NCBI GenBank assembly: GCA_012522795.1
Contig: JAAYJT010000070.1
Coordinates: 26,983 to 90,982, forward strand
Reading direction: 5' to 3'
DNA: 64,000 bases
Source: Bacteroidales bacterium
GTDB lineage: Bacteria; Bacteroidota; Bacteroidia; Bacteroidales; JAAYJT01
The position numbers were made by a program, and so were the translations under genes. A model generated the notes under the pieces. It made no database searches and was not told the DNA's origin. It was given only the letters and a program-made list of their open reading frames with translations. Positions 40,902 to 51,137 of the stretch are shown here, piece after piece (the first letter of the stretch is position 1; each line of letters opens with the position of its first letter).

Positions 40902-41948
40902 TTACTTGGGCTGTACATTCATTGCAGCCAGCATATTTCCATAAACACTGTTCAGGGCTGATATCTTTTTTGTAAGCATATCTACTTCTTCTTTGTATCG
41001 GTTCATATTTGCAGTGGTTTGCTCAATATTGCTTACAAAATTGCCCATGGTGTTCTGAATTTGAACACTGGCGTCAGCCTGCTTCTGGATACTTTGTAAC
41101 TGCAGTTCATATACTGTGTTCAAAGCCGATAAATTATCAGCTACCTTTTTCAGTTGTGTATTATATGTTTCATTTCCCATCTTGCTCTGATTCAGGTTAT
41201 CAAAAGCCTTTGAAACATTTTCGGCTGATTGGGTATATTTCTGTGCAAGCTCATTGGCTGATTGAGTAGCAAGGTTAATGGCACCGGCAAATTGCGAAGT
41301 AGAGTGCAGATCACTCTTCAAAGCTATTGAAGCTTGTGAATACACATTTGAAAGCTCATTCACCTTTTGTGATGCATTGCGAATGCTGGAAGCAAATTCT
41401 TCAGTTACCTGCAAATCTTTATCAAGTATATCAGAAGTTTTTTCTGACGAAGTGGCTAATTTCTTAACTGATGAAGTAGCTTTTTGCATATTATCAACAA
41501 ACTCATCAGAAGCAACAGCGGCAGTGCTGATGTTTGATAGTTTTGCAGTATTTTCACTGAACCTTCGTAAGCCATCGCCTAAACTCTGTATCAGTTCAGG
41601 ACCTATTTTCGCATCTGCCAGCAAATTATCAAGCTGTTGAGTGGTGCCTTCCTGAACAGAGGGTCTGAGTCTGCTCACTGGCTTTGAAGGTGCTTCTCCA
41701 TTATGATATAGATGTGTAAGTTCAGGGTAAACCAGACTCCAGTCAGGATCAACCGGTGGTGCTTCAAAAGCTGAGAAAAAGAAAATAATGGATTCCATAC
41801 TCATGCCGATGAGCAGCATTTCATTAGCAAAATTATAATGGTTAATCTTGAACAAAGCGCCAAGAATAACTATTGAAGCGCCAAAACCATAAAGTCTTGC
41901 CATGAAATTTTTAAAACCTTTGCTTCTGGCTAATTTAAACAATCCCAT
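40902..41948 (-). CDS. gldL: Gliding motility / T9SS protein GldL (PorL)
   Basis: The N-terminus YGFGASIVILGALFKINH carries the GldL two-TM signature, followed by a long cytoplasmic coiled-coil region. Confidence 0.8.
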   Translation of the reverse strand: MGLFKLARSKGFKNFMARLYGFGASIVILGALFKINHYNFANEMLLIGMSMESIIFFFSAFEAPPVDPDWSLVYPELTHLYHNGEAPSKPVSRLRPSVQEGTTQQLDNLLADAKIGPELIQSLGDGLRRFSENTAKLSNISTAAVASDEFVDNMQKATSSVKKLATSSEKTSDILDKDLQVTEEFASSIRNASQKVNELSNVYSQASIALKSDLHSTSQFAGAINLATQSANELAQKYTQSAENVSKAFDNLNQSKMGNETYNTQLKKVADNLSALNTVYELQLQSIQKQADASVQIQNTMGNFVSNIEQTTANMNRYKEEVDMLTKKISALNSVYGNMLAAMNVQPK

Positions 41949-41993
41949 AATTTAAGAATTTTAGAAATGAATGATTTTGTTTTATTTTAAACC

Positions 41994-43349
41994 CTAATTG
42001 TATATTCTTGAAGCTTTCCGTGGATTATCACCTTTTTGGCGTCCCAGATAGCTTTGTACATTACGAAATCCAATATATGATTTTGCAGTATCCTGATATT
42101 CATAAGCACGTGTGCCTACATTCATGTAATAAGCAATATCTTTCCATGATCCTCCTCGTATGACTTTACGTTTCATAACCGAAGGATCACTGTCTTTAGC
42201 CTCGTAAGTGTATGCCGGATTCAGATCCCAGGTAAAATTATAAGCTGACTCATGATAAGCATCGTTAGTCCATTCGGCAACATTTCCTGCCATATCATAA
42301 ATTCCGAAATCGTTTGGTGGAAAATGAGCAACAACCAATGTAGTAAGACCTCCATCGGCCTGATAATCTCCTCGGCGAGGTTTGAAATTGGCAAGAAAAC
42401 AGCCCTTTTCATTAAGCGTGTAAGGTCCGCCCCAGGGATACGGATTCAGAGTATTGCCTCCTCGGGCTGCCCATTCCCATTCAGCTTCGGTAGGTAAACG
42501 AAACTCCAGAGTTGTGGCACGTTCTCTTCCGGTCAAATAACCTGACAGTAATTGTGTTCTCCAGATGCTGAATGCGCGGGCTTGTTTCCAGTTTACACCA
42601 ACAACAGGATAATGATCATAAGCCGGATGCCAGAAATATGTTTCAGTAAGCGGATCGTTAAACGAGTAGGCATAATCATGTATCCACACCAGAGTATCGG
42701 GATACACATTGATTTTTTCCTTGTTCACATAAACTGAACGGTCGCTCATACCTTGTGGTCTGTTGGCAAATGCACCATCTTCAACTTCACTTGACGAAAA
42801 ATCCTTTTTTGCTGCAGCACGCAGGTCAATCCAGTAATATTCGTAATATAATTTGCGGGCATCAATTTGTTTACGGCGGAAATAACGCTCCTGCTCAGGG
42901 ATGAACATGCTTTCAAGAATTTCACGTTCTTCTTCACCGTTCCATTTTATTTCCTTACTCCAGTTTAATAGCGGAGGATCGTAAATTTCACCTGTTTTAC
43001 GATCTTCTTCTATAAGATAAATATCAGGCTGGGCTTCACCAAGTAGAAATCTTGCTATGGAATCTCTTACCCAGTGTACAAATTGCCGATACTCGTTGTT
43101 GGTAATTTCTGTTTCGTCAATAAAAAAGCCAGCTACAGAAACCGTACGGGGCTGATGATCGTTTGAGGCCAACATATCTTCATCACCTACACCCATAGTA
43201 TAGCTGCCCATAGGAACATAAACCATGCCGTAAGGATCAGGCTGATAGTATTTTGGGCGCTTTTGCACACCTATCAGTTCTCCTTTTCCTGCCTTACCAC
43301 AACTTCCAAGTATCAGAAGTCCAAGAGAATAAATGATTAATCGTTTCAT
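41994..43349 (-). CDS. gldK: Gliding motility / T9SS lipoprotein GldK (PorK), FGE-sulfatase/SUMF1-fold
   Basis: The ATG at 43349 gives MKRLIIYSLGLLILGSCGK with a lipobox. SUMF1-like strings: RLPTEAEWEWAARGG, GNVAEWT, RGGSW. Confidence 0.85.
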   Translation of the reverse strand: MKRLIIYSLGLLILGSCGKAGKGELIGVQKRPKYYQPDPYGMVYVPMGSYTMGVGDEDMLASNDHQPRTVSVAGFFIDETEITNNEYRQFVHWVRDSIARFLLGEAQPDIYLIEEDRKTGEIYDPPLLNWSKEIKWNGEEEREILESMFIPEQERYFRRKQIDARKLYYEYYWIDLRAAAKKDFSSSEVEDGAFANRPQGMSDRSVYVNKEKINVYPDTLVWIHDYAYSFNDPLTETYFWHPAYDHYPVVGVNWKQARAFSIWRTQLLSGYLTGRERATTLEFRLPTEAEWEWAARGGNTLNPYPWGGPYTLNEKGCFLANFKPRRGDYQADGGLTTLVVAHFPPNDFGIYDMAGNVAEWTNDAYHESAYNFTWDLNPAYTYEAKDSDPSVMKRKVIRGGSWKDIAYYMNVGTRAYEYQDTAKSYIGFRNVQSYLGRQKGDNPRKASRIYN

Positions 43350-43442
43350 TATCGAATGATTGTGTTCATTAAGCAAATAACGGAGAGGCATTATTATTAG
43401 TATTTTTAATTATTGATTTATACAAATAAAAATTGTTAGAAG

Positions 43443-44399
43443 CTATAAATACCTTGTATTCCGATAGCTATTTTTGAATTTTTCTACTTCAAGCTTAAAG
43501 CAATAACTCAGCATTACTTCATGACTACCATATCCTCCCACCACCGAAATAGGAACATCATATGAATAGCCTATCTGCATATCTTTGGTTGTAAAACCCA
43601 CCATTAGCGAAATAGCATCCTGATGCCGGTATGTAATTCCGCCATATACCTTTTTATTATAAACGACCAGTGTGTTAAAATCTGTCTGAATACTGGCTCC
43701 GTCCGATTTAATAAAAACTGATGGTATAAATTCATAGGCAGGATTTCTGCCTAGCTTAAACTGAAAACCACCAGTTAAATAGTAATGCCGCCTGAAATTA
43801 TTGTACGCTCCTGAAGAATTATCGTACTCCTTACTGCTTTCAAGCAGCCGTGTTGAAGCAAAACCTAAATAATATTTTTCAGGAACCTGATAAAACATAC
43901 CAAGGTTCAGATCAAACATCATGTTGCTTGCCTCACCTTGCAGGTTTTGAAGCAAAGGGTCTGTTTCGTCAACAGGAAGGAATTTTCCGGCATCGAGTAT
44001 TGAATTGATAAAATTCAACTGCAAACCAATTCCAAGCTTTGCTTCACGTATCTGACGATGATATGAATATCCCAGCTGAATATCATTAATTGTATAAAAC
44101 CCAATTTTATCCTGCATCACACTTCCGCCAATGCCGCCACGTAAAGCTCTTACTGTTCCGTCAACAGAAATCAAATAGGTTTCAGGTGTAACCCTGTTTC
44201 CTTCAGCATCTTTGAATCCCACCCATTGCTGACGGGCAAGACCTGTTGCACAAATAGCATTGTTCAATCCGGCATAACCGGGGTTAATACCCATATGATT
44301 GAACATATTATGTGTAAACTGAGGCTCCTGTTGTGCCGAAACAAATGTGACAATGAACAGGGCTTGCAATAACAATATGATTTTCAGAACTAAACGCAT
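43443..44399 (-). CDS. PorP/SprF-family T9SS outer-membrane protein
   Basis: Signal peptide followed by QQEPQFTHNMFNHMGINPGYAG (PorP/SprF N-terminal signature). Beta-barrel-like alternation. Immediately upstream of gldK. Confidence 0.8.
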   Translation of the reverse strand: MRLVLKIILLLQALFIVTFVSAQQEPQFTHNMFNHMGINPGYAGLNNAICATGLARQQWVGFKDAEGNRVTPETYLISVDGTVRALRGGIGGSVMQDKIGFYTINDIQLGYSYHRQIREAKLGIGLQLNFINSILDAGKFLPVDETDPLLQNLQGEASNMMFDLNLGMFYQVPEKYYLGFASTRLLESSKEYDNSSGAYNNFRRHYYLTGGFQFKLGRNPAYEFIPSVFIKSDGASIQTDFNTLVVYNKKVYGGITYRHQDAISLMVGFTTKDMQIGYSYDVPISVVGGYGSHEVMLSYCFKLEVEKFKNSYRNTRYL

Positions 44400-44659
44400 T
44401 CGTCAGGCTTGTAGTCGTTCAATTAAATATGCTTATTCCCTATTATTCGGGATTATTTTAATTTATTTAAAAACACCAAATTCAGCTGCAATTATACAAA
44501 CTTTATCAGCAATACTGAATCGTAGTAAATGAATTGAATTGATTAAGACTTTGTTAATAACTCCAGAATCCTAATTTTATTATTGGATTTATAAGTTCGC
44601 ACTATATATTCTTATATTTTTGCATGAATTTTATTATATATTTTTAAATCACTGGTATT

Positions 44660-45580
44660 ATGGCGTTTATAGTTAAAGAGAAACCTTTTTCAAAGAAATG
44701 GCTTATTAATTATGGTCTGATAATTATAGGAACATTTATTCTGGCTGCAGGATTTGTGTTTTTTATTACTCCCTATATGATAGTACCCGGAGGAGTTTAT
44801 GGTATTTCAATAGTAATACACTATCTTACAAAAGGCATTCTTTCATTTGCTCCTGATGGTTTTCCTGTTGGATTAATGGGCTTAATACTTAACATTCCTT
44901 TAACCATACTTGGAATAAAAATATTAGGACCCCGGTTTGGTGTTAAAACCATTATTGGATTTGTACTTACTTCTTTTTTCATGGATGCCCTTACATGGTG
45001 GTGGGGCGAACAACCACTGGTGGAAAATGATCCGCTGCTGTCATCAATTTTTGGCGGTGTTCTGGTAGGCTTTGGACTTGGACTCATATTTAAATCAAAA
45101 GCATCATCGGGCGGCAGTGATATAATAGCTATGATATTTGCAAAATACACCCACCTACCTGTTGGACAGCTCATTATTTATGTTGATTCGGTAATTGTGC
45201 TTGTTGGATTAATCGCTTTTGGCGACTGGCGTATTCCTTTATATTCATGGATAGTAATTTTTGTTACCGGAAAAGTTGTTGACGGAATAATGCAGGGTAT
45301 AAGCTATGATAAAACATTGTTCATTATTTCTGACAAATATCAGGAAATACGCGATAAAATCATTGACGATCTTGACAGAGGTGGAACTTTTATTTCAGGA
45401 ACAGGTATGTATAAAGGTGCTGAAAAGACTATTATTTTCACTGTTGTGAACCGCAGGGAGCTGGCTGTGCTTGAAGAATTCATTCATAAAACCGATCCTC
45501 ATGCTTTTCTTACTGTAATGGATGCTAACGAAATCCTCGGAGAAGGTTTCAGATCAATAAAAGAAAAACTGGCAGACTAA
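44660..45580 (+). CDS. YitT-family membrane protein (DUF2179 C-terminal domain)
   Basis: Five or six TM segments with the GGSDIIAMI motif. The C-terminal soluble domain TVVNRRELAVLEEFIHKTDPHAFLTV is typical of DUF2179. Confidence 0.8.
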   Translation: MAFIVKEKPFSKKWLINYGLIIIGTFILAAGFVFFITPYMIVPGGVYGISIVIHYLTKGILSFAPDGFPVGLMGLILNIPLTILGIKILGPRFGVKTIIGFVLTSFFMDALTWWWGEQPLVENDPLLSSIFGGVLVGFGLGLIFKSKASSGGSDIIAMIFAKYTHLPVGQLIIYVDSVIVLVGLIAFGDWRIPLYSWIVIFVTGKVVDGIMQGISYDKTLFIISDKYQEIRDKIIDDLDRGGTFISGTGMYKGAEKTIIFTVVNRRELAVLEEFIHKTDPHAFLTVMDANEILGEGFRSIKEKLAD

Positions 45581-45812
45581 AAGCTTTATGTTTTCCAGTG
45601 TCGTAGTTCCCTAAATTGTGGTGCCCAGTGAATCCGAAATTAGTTTATGGTTTCATATCACAAAACCGATAATCAGTGCTTGAAAAGGCAAAGTGTTCCA
45701 GAATTATTTAATTAGCTAATTACCAATAAATCAATTATTACTGAGCAATCCGGTGCTTTTATGAATTTCTGATGCTAAAATCCTTATTTTTGCACAATTT
45801 TAATTTTATCTG

Positions 45813-47006
45813 ATGACTCAGCTTCCCAGGATATGGCTTTCTCCCCCTCACATGTGCGGTCGTGAGCAGGAATTTATTCGCAATGCATTCGAAACCAACT
45901 GGATTGCACCGATGGGACCTAACGTAACAGGATTTGAACAAGATCTGATTGATTATACAGGTGTAAAACATGCAGTAGTGCTTAATTCAGGAACAGCAGC
46001 CATCCATCTGTCACTTGTAATGCTCAATATCAAGAAGGGTGATATAGTTATATGCCAAAGTCTTACATTTTCGGCTTCAGCCAATCCTATTATTTATCAG
46101 TGTGCAACTCCTCTTTTCATTGACAGCGAACCTGACACATGGAATATGGATCCTGAATTACTTGAAAATGCCATAATTGCCTGTCAGGAAGGAAATTTTC
46201 ATAAGTTGGGCAATGGATCAAAACATAAACATCTGAAGCCTCAAAAGCCAAAAGCAATAATTGTTGTGCATCTTTACGGAATGCCGGCTAAAATGGATGA
46301 AATAACCAAAATTGCCGATAAATACGATATTCCGCTTATTGAAGATGCAGCCGAAGCACTTGGTAGCCGTTATAATGAGAAAACTTGCGGTTCGTTTGGT
46401 AAAATGGGAATTTTGAGCTTCAATGGAAATAAAATTGTGAACACCAGTGGCGGTGGTGCCTTAATTTCAGATGAAGAAGAATATACACTGAAAGCCCGGT
46501 TCTTAGCTACGCAGGCACGAGATAATGCCCCTCACTACGAGCATAGTAATATTGGCTATAATTATCGGATGAGTAATGTGGTGGCAGCTATTGGCAGAGG
46601 GCAGATGACAGTGATAAATGACAGGGTTGAGGCGCGCAGGAAAAATTTTGAACGCTACAGGGACTATTTTACAAAAGTCAACAAGCGAGGTTATGAAATA
46701 AATTTGTTGGATGAACCACAAGGCTTTTTTTCGAACCGCTGGCTGACAACCATAACTTTTGAACCTGAGAAAAATAATAATATTGACAGGGAAAAAGTGC
46801 GCATCCATCTTGAAGCCAATAATATTGAATCACGGCCACTATGGAAACCAATGCATGCTCAACCGGTTTTTTCCGATTCATTACGTGTTGTAAATGATGT
46901 AAGCGAAAAATTATTTGATACTGGACTTTGTATGCCTTCAGGTTCTAACCTTAGTGATGAGGATTTTGAAAGGATTTTCAATACACTTGATCAGATCTTT
47001 ACCTAA
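45813..47006 (+). CDS. DegT/DnrJ/EryC1/StrS-family sugar aminotransferase
   Basis: Fold-type I sugar aminotransferase pattern: SGTAAIHLSL, LIEDAAEALGS, and the PLP-Lys region SFNGNKIVNTSGGGA. Confidence 0.85.
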   Translation: MTQLPRIWLSPPHMCGREQEFIRNAFETNWIAPMGPNVTGFEQDLIDYTGVKHAVVLNSGTAAIHLSLVMLNIKKGDIVICQSLTFSASANPIIYQCATPLFIDSEPDTWNMDPELLENAIIACQEGNFHKLGNGSKHKHLKPQKPKAIIVVHLYGMPAKMDEITKIADKYDIPLIEDAAEALGSRYNEKTCGSFGKMGILSFNGNKIVNTSGGGALISDEEEYTLKARFLATQARDNAPHYEHSNIGYNYRMSNVVAAIGRGQMTVINDRVEARRKNFERYRDYFTKVNKRGYEINLLDEPQGFFSNRWLTTITFEPEKNNNIDREKVRIHLEANNIESRPLWKPMHAQPVFSDSLRVVNDVSEKLFDTGLCMPSGSNLSDEDFERIFNTLDQIFT

Positions 47007-47075
47007 AACCCTGTTTTCCGGAGTTTTAAGCTGCTGTTTTAAATACGGACAAAAAGAATAAAGGAGCATCACAAA

Positions 47076-47945
47076 TCACGGATCTGTATTTGCTATCCTA
47101 TCCCATATTTTAACCAGCTCTTTACTTGTATCTGATCCAGGGTTCCATTCAATAATGCTTTTGCAGTTGAGCATGGCTTTTGTTATCTCCTGATCGAAAG
47201 GTAATTTCCCGACAACAGGGGTATCCGCTGAATTACAATGATCTTCGATCTGTTTGGTGATTGTCTCATTAAGGTCGTATTTATTTATCATAACCATTGC
47301 TTTAGCTCTGAACCCTTTTACGAGTTCAATTGTGCGTTTCATATCATTCAAACCCGAAATAGTCGGTTCTGTAACTATCAATACCTTGTCAATGCCGGTA
47401 ATTGCAGAAATTACAGGACATCCGGTACCGGGAGGACCATCAATAATTATATGTGAGATATTATTTTCTTCAGCAATTTTTTTAACCTTATCTCTAATCA
47501 GATTTACAAGTTTACCTGAGTTTTCTTCACCTGGAGCCAGCCATCCGTACACCAACCTGCCATTCCGGAAACTACCGGTAAACATGCGGCTATCATCATT
47601 TTTCTCCATTGTAATAGCTTGTTCCGGACAAACCCTCGAACACAAAAAGCAGCCATCACATAATATTTCATCAATTACGATTTTATCTTCCTTTTGTGTA
47701 ATGGCGTCAAAGCGACAAATCTCAGTACATATTCCGCAAAGTGTGCATTTTTCATGGTCAACCACAGCTTTATGACTGCCGATAAACACCTCTTCTTCTT
47801 CATTTTCAGGGTTAAAAAGCAAAAAAAGATTAGCTGCATCCACATCGCAATCAGCCAAAACCACATTGGATTCAATAGTGGCAAATGCTGCTGCAACACT
47901 CGATTTACCGGTACCACCCTTACCGCTGATTATAGCCAGTTCCAT
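47076..47945 (-). CDS. MinD/ParA-superfamily P-loop ATPase with embedded 4Fe-4S ferredoxin domain
   Basis: Deviant Walker A SGKGGTGKSS and two Cys clusters (CTLCGICTEICRF..., CDGCFLCSRVCP). It overlaps the upstream paralog by 26 nt. Confidence 0.8.
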   Translation of the reverse strand: MELAIISGKGGTGKSSVAAAFATIESNVVLADCDVDAANLFLLFNPENEEEEVFIGSHKAVVDHEKCTLCGICTEICRFDAITQKEDKIVIDEILCDGCFLCSRVCPEQAITMEKNDDSRMFTGSFRNGRLVYGWLAPGEENSGKLVNLIRDKVKKIAEENNISHIIIDGPPGTGCPVISAITGIDKVLIVTEPTISGLNDMKRTIELVKGFRAKAMVMINKYDLNETITKQIEDHCNSADTPVVGKLPFDQEITKAMLNCKSIIEWNPGSDTSKELVKIWDRIANTDP

Positions 47946-48810
47946 GATTCAATATTTTTTCAAAGGTTTCAAAAAGTTGTTTTTTTAAAGAAGGCATGTT
48001 GTTAACAGCAATTTCGCCCCGGGAATAGAATTGGGCAATTCTTTTATCAAATGGTATCTCAGCAAGCAATTCAATATTTTCATCTTCAAGATAACCATAA
48101 ACCGATTCATCACCAATTCCTGCACGATTAACGATAACTCCAAAAGGTTTGTCCATCTGTCTGAGGGTATCAACACTTCTTTTAAGATCGCTCAGGCCAA
48201 AGGGAGTAGGCTCAGTAACAAGTATCACATAATCAGCAAAATTGACAGTGTGAATAAAAGGACATGAAGTTCCTGGAGGCGCATCCAGAATGGCGATCTC
48301 ATATTTTTTGTTAATCTCTCTCATTGCCGCTTTAATCACCGGAACAGGAGTCATGACTCCTACACGTGTTCGCGCTTCAATCAATTCAGTTTGTTCGTTA
48401 CAGTTATGAAAAACAACCTCACCTTGCTTAACCTGCTTTTCGGTGATTGCACCATCGTTGCAAGCAACAAGACAGGCACCGCAAGAATGACATAATTCTT
48501 CAATTACCTTGATAATCCTAAAATTGGGTAAAAAGAAAATTGCATTGTAATTACAATATTCATGGCATTTCCCGCAAAAAGTGCAAAGTTCGGTATCAAT
48601 ATATGGTATAGGTAAAGAAATATCAAAGGTATTGGTTATGCGTGTGTTAAAAAACGTCATTGAATTTGGCGCTTCAGCATCACAGTCGATCAAAGTAACT
48701 TCCTTTCCGGCATTCTTTAAAACCCTGAAAAGATTGGTAGCTACAAAAGTTTTTCCGGTTCCGCCCTTACCACTGGCAACTGCTATTTTATATGGTGTTG
48801 TTTTGATCAT
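47920..48810 (-). CDS. MinD/ParA-superfamily P-loop ATPase with embedded 4Fe-4S ferredoxin domain (paralog)
   Basis: Walker A SGKGGTGKTF and Cys clusters CTFCGKCHEYCNY and CHSCGACLVAC. The ATG at 48810 is preferred, because the ORF-track start at 48861 is GTG. Confidence 0.8.
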   Translation of the reverse strand: MIKTTPYKIAVASGKGGTGKTFVATNLFRVLKNAGKEVTLIDCDAEAPNSMTFFNTRITNTFDISLPIPYIDTELCTFCGKCHEYCNYNAIFFLPNFRIIKVIEELCHSCGACLVACNDGAITEKQVKQGEVVFHNCNEQTELIEARTRVGVMTPVPVIKAAMREINKKYEIAILDAPPGTSCPFIHTVNFADYVILVTEPTPFGLSDLKRSVDTLRQMDKPFGVIVNRAGIGDESVYGYLEDENIELLAEIPFDKRIAQFYSRGEIAVNNMPSLKKQLFETFEKILNHGTGYNQR

Positions 48811-49010
48811 ACAATTTATTTTCTGAACACGAACATTTGTCAGACTTTCTTTCCAGACCACATAGCTTCATGTTGATAGCCGTATATGTGCCTGGCTTTG
48901 TTTAATAAAAATAATAAGTACCTGATAAATACCAGCAACCTTTACCGGAGTTTTCAGAACTATATTTATCAGGTTGCTTTTTTAAGATGTTTTAATTCAG
49001 CCATCAATAA

Positions 49011-49379
49011 CTAATGACTGTGAGAACCATGTCCGTGATGGTCATGGCTGCAGTAATTAGCTGAAAGCTTTAGTTCATCATTCAGGAAATCATTTACCAG
49101 TTCTTTTGTTTTACTAACAGGGGCACCGGTAAAAACATTTATTTTCTGATTGTTGAAAATTGTAATTGCCTTTTGTCCCATGCCACCGGCAATAATATCG
49201 GTTACTCCTTTTTCAGCTAACCAAACCGGATATACTCCTGGTTCATGTGGTGGTGGTGTTACCAATTGCTCGCTGACAATAGCTTTATTATCAGTTTCGA
49301 TTATTGAGAATTGTTCACAATGTCCGAAATGCGGACATAACATTCCATTTTGTATTGGGATAGCAATTTTTCGGTTCAT
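49011..49379 (-). CDS. NifB/NifX/NafY-like (dinitrogenase Fe-Mo cofactor family) small protein with His-rich tail
   Basis: HFGHCEQF start and IIAGGMGQKA motif typical of the family. The C-terminus is CSHDHHGHGSHSH. Confidence 0.75.
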   Translation of the reverse strand: MNRKIAIPIQNGMLCPHFGHCEQFSIIETDNKAIVSEQLVTPPPHEPGVYPVWLAEKGVTDIIAGGMGQKAITIFNNQKINVFTGAPVSKTKELVNDFLNDELKLSANYCSHDHHGHGSHSH

Positions 49380-49396
49380 ATGTGAATGTTTGGTTA

Positions 49397-49430
49397 AACT
49401 CCGGCATGATCATTTACACATGCCGGAGTT
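49397..49430 (-). terminator. 12-bp perfect hairpin between the peroxiredoxin and NifX-like genes
   Basis: AACTCCGGCATG (49397-49408) is complementary to CATGCCGGAGTT (49419-49430) around a 10-nt loop. The U-tract is only weak, so this may be a processing or stability element rather than a terminator. Confidence 0.4.
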
Positions 49431-49456
49431 AAATTAATTAATTTCAATTTGATTCT

Positions 49457-50164
49457 TTAATTTTTCAGGATTCTTTTAAGAACGGTATCCTTATCGAGTT
49501 TCTTGGTACAGAAAAACCAGTCTTTGCAATCCAGATCTTCTTCTTTTCCGTCCATACGATCTTTTGCTGTTCCGCATGAACCAGCAGGTGAAATAATTAC
49601 ATCATCACCGGGTCTCCAGTCAGCCGGAGTAGCAATTTCGAATTCATCAGCAGCCTGCAATGCTATGACTATTCTGTATAATTCGTCGAAATTGCGTCCA
49701 AGGCTGAGAGGATAATACAAAATGGTTCTCACAACACCTTCGGGGTCAATGACAAATACGGCACGAACAGCCTGAGTACTGCTTTCGCCAGGCATCACCA
49801 TACCATATTTCTTAGCTACGTTCATTGAAATATCTTCAATCAACGGGAATTTAACGTCAACGTCCTTCATTCCTTTATATTCAATTTTTTCCTTAATGGT
49901 ACGCAACCATGCAATATGACTGTATAAACCATCAATTGACAGACCAACCAGTTTACAGTTTGCTTTGTTGAACTGTTCTTCCATTGTTGCAAAAGTCATG
50001 AACTCAGATGTACATACAGGAGTAAAATCTGCAGGGTGACTAAAAAGTATAACCCAGCTACCGCTAAAATCTGACGGGAAATTCATGTCACCTTGTGTAG
50101 TAATCGCCTTAAATTCAGGCGCTTTGTCGCCAATTCTTGGCATTGAAAAAGCTTGCTCTTCCAT
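49457..50164 (-). CDS. 1-Cys-type peroxiredoxin (Prx6-like)
   Basis: The peroxidatic Cys motif FSHPADFTPVCTSEF and the ~235-aa length are typical of this Prx subfamily. Confidence 0.9.
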   Translation of the reverse strand: MEEQAFSMPRIGDKAPEFKAITTQGDMNFPSDFSGSWVILFSHPADFTPVCTSEFMTFATMEEQFNKANCKLVGLSIDGLYSHIAWLRTIKEKIEYKGMKDVDVKFPLIEDISMNVAKKYGMVMPGESSTQAVRAVFVIDPEGVVRTILYYPLSLGRNFDELYRIVIALQAADEFEIATPADWRPGDDVIISPAGSCGTAKDRMDGKEEDLDCKDWFFCTKKLDKDTVLKRILKN

Positions 50165-50308
50165 AATTTTGATTTTTTAAAAATGAAACATGTTTTAATT
50201 AATAAAAATATAATAATCTGATATACAAAGCATACTATGTACACTCGTAAGTTTTAAAGTCTTTTAATATTCGTCAGTAAAAAATTCTCTGACAAATTAA
50301 TACTATTA

Positions 50309-50566
50309 TTAATAAATAGATCTAGGCCGATTTCTGAATCCTCTACCTCTTCCCCATCCCATACCTCTGCCACCCCATGCCATTCCTCTTCCCCAATTCA
50401 TACGTCCCATACCAAAACCTCTGCGGGCATAGAATTCAGGATAATCTTCCATTGGTTCAGGTGCTGCTGTTTTAGCAGATTCTGTACCATAATTGGTACA
50501 GCGACCCATACGGCGACCAGTCATTGGTCCTTCGCCCCACGGTCCTCTTTTATCAAATCCAGGCAT
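50309..50566 (-). CDS. DUF5320-like small protein with Gly/Arg/Trp/Met-rich tail
   Basis: The N-terminus MPGFDKRGPWGEGPMTGRRMGRC matches the DUF5320 pattern (MPRxDxTGPxGxGPxTGRGxGxC). The tail is GMGRMNWGRGMAWGGRGMGWGRGRGFRN. Confidence 0.6.
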   Translation of the reverse strand: MPGFDKRGPWGEGPMTGRRMGRCTNYGTESAKTAAPEPMEDYPEFYARRGFGMGRMNWGRGMAWGGRGMGWGRGRGFRNRPRSIY

Positions 50567-50600
50567 AACTACTCCTTTTTATTTTAGTTAGTTAAAAAAA

Positions 50601-50783
50601 TTATTCATTACTTCTCAAACGTTTACCCTTACCTTCACCTTCTTCATTAACTTTTCTACGTTTACCCATACCCCGTCCGAGTTTTTTTAGCGCTTCTTTG
50701 TCGGTGTGTTCCTTGCACCTTCCTAATCCCCGGCCTGTGCCAGCGCCTTTGCCTTCAGGTCCGGTTCCGTCCATACGTGGCAT
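50601..50783 (-). CDS. DUF5320-like small protein (paralog)
   Basis: The N-terminus MPRMDGTGPEGKGAGTGRGLGRC follows the same pattern. It ends in a basic tail. Confidence 0.6.
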   Translation of the reverse strand: MPRMDGTGPEGKGAGTGRGLGRCKEHTDKEALKKLGRGMGKRRKVNEEGEGKGKRLRSNE

Positions 50784-50795
50784 AGCATTTTGTTT

Positions 50796-51110
50796 TTAAG
50801 AATTTAACATATCTATTACTTCCTGAATAGTTTTTTCAGAATCATATACTATCATTTGGATTTTAAGACTATCAAGCAAAGATTTTATTTTAACTCCAAA
50901 TTCGCCCGCAACGATCTTTTTCACTTCACGGCCTGCAACCAATTGAACAGCAGCAGGTCCCGCACCATCCTCAAGATCTTTGTTTGGGTTCGGAATAAAT
51001 TCAACAGATTTGGAATCAGTATCATAAATAACGAAAAATGAACAACGAGCAAATCGTGGATCTAATTTCGATTCCAAAGTGTTACCGGTAGATGTAATAG
51101 CAACTTTCAT
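50796..51110 (-). CDS. NifB/NifX/NafY-like small protein (paralog)
   Basis: MKVAITS...RFARCSFFVIYD...IVAGEFGVK pattern of the same family. 104 aa. Confidence 0.75.
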   Translation of the reverse strand: MKVAITSTGNTLESKLDPRFARCSFFVIYDTDSKSVEFIPNPNKDLEDGAGPAAVQLVAGREVKKIVAGEFGVKIKSLLDSLKIQMIVYDSEKTIQEVIDMLNS

Positions 51111-51137
51111 TTTTATTTTAGATTTTTAGTTAATAAT

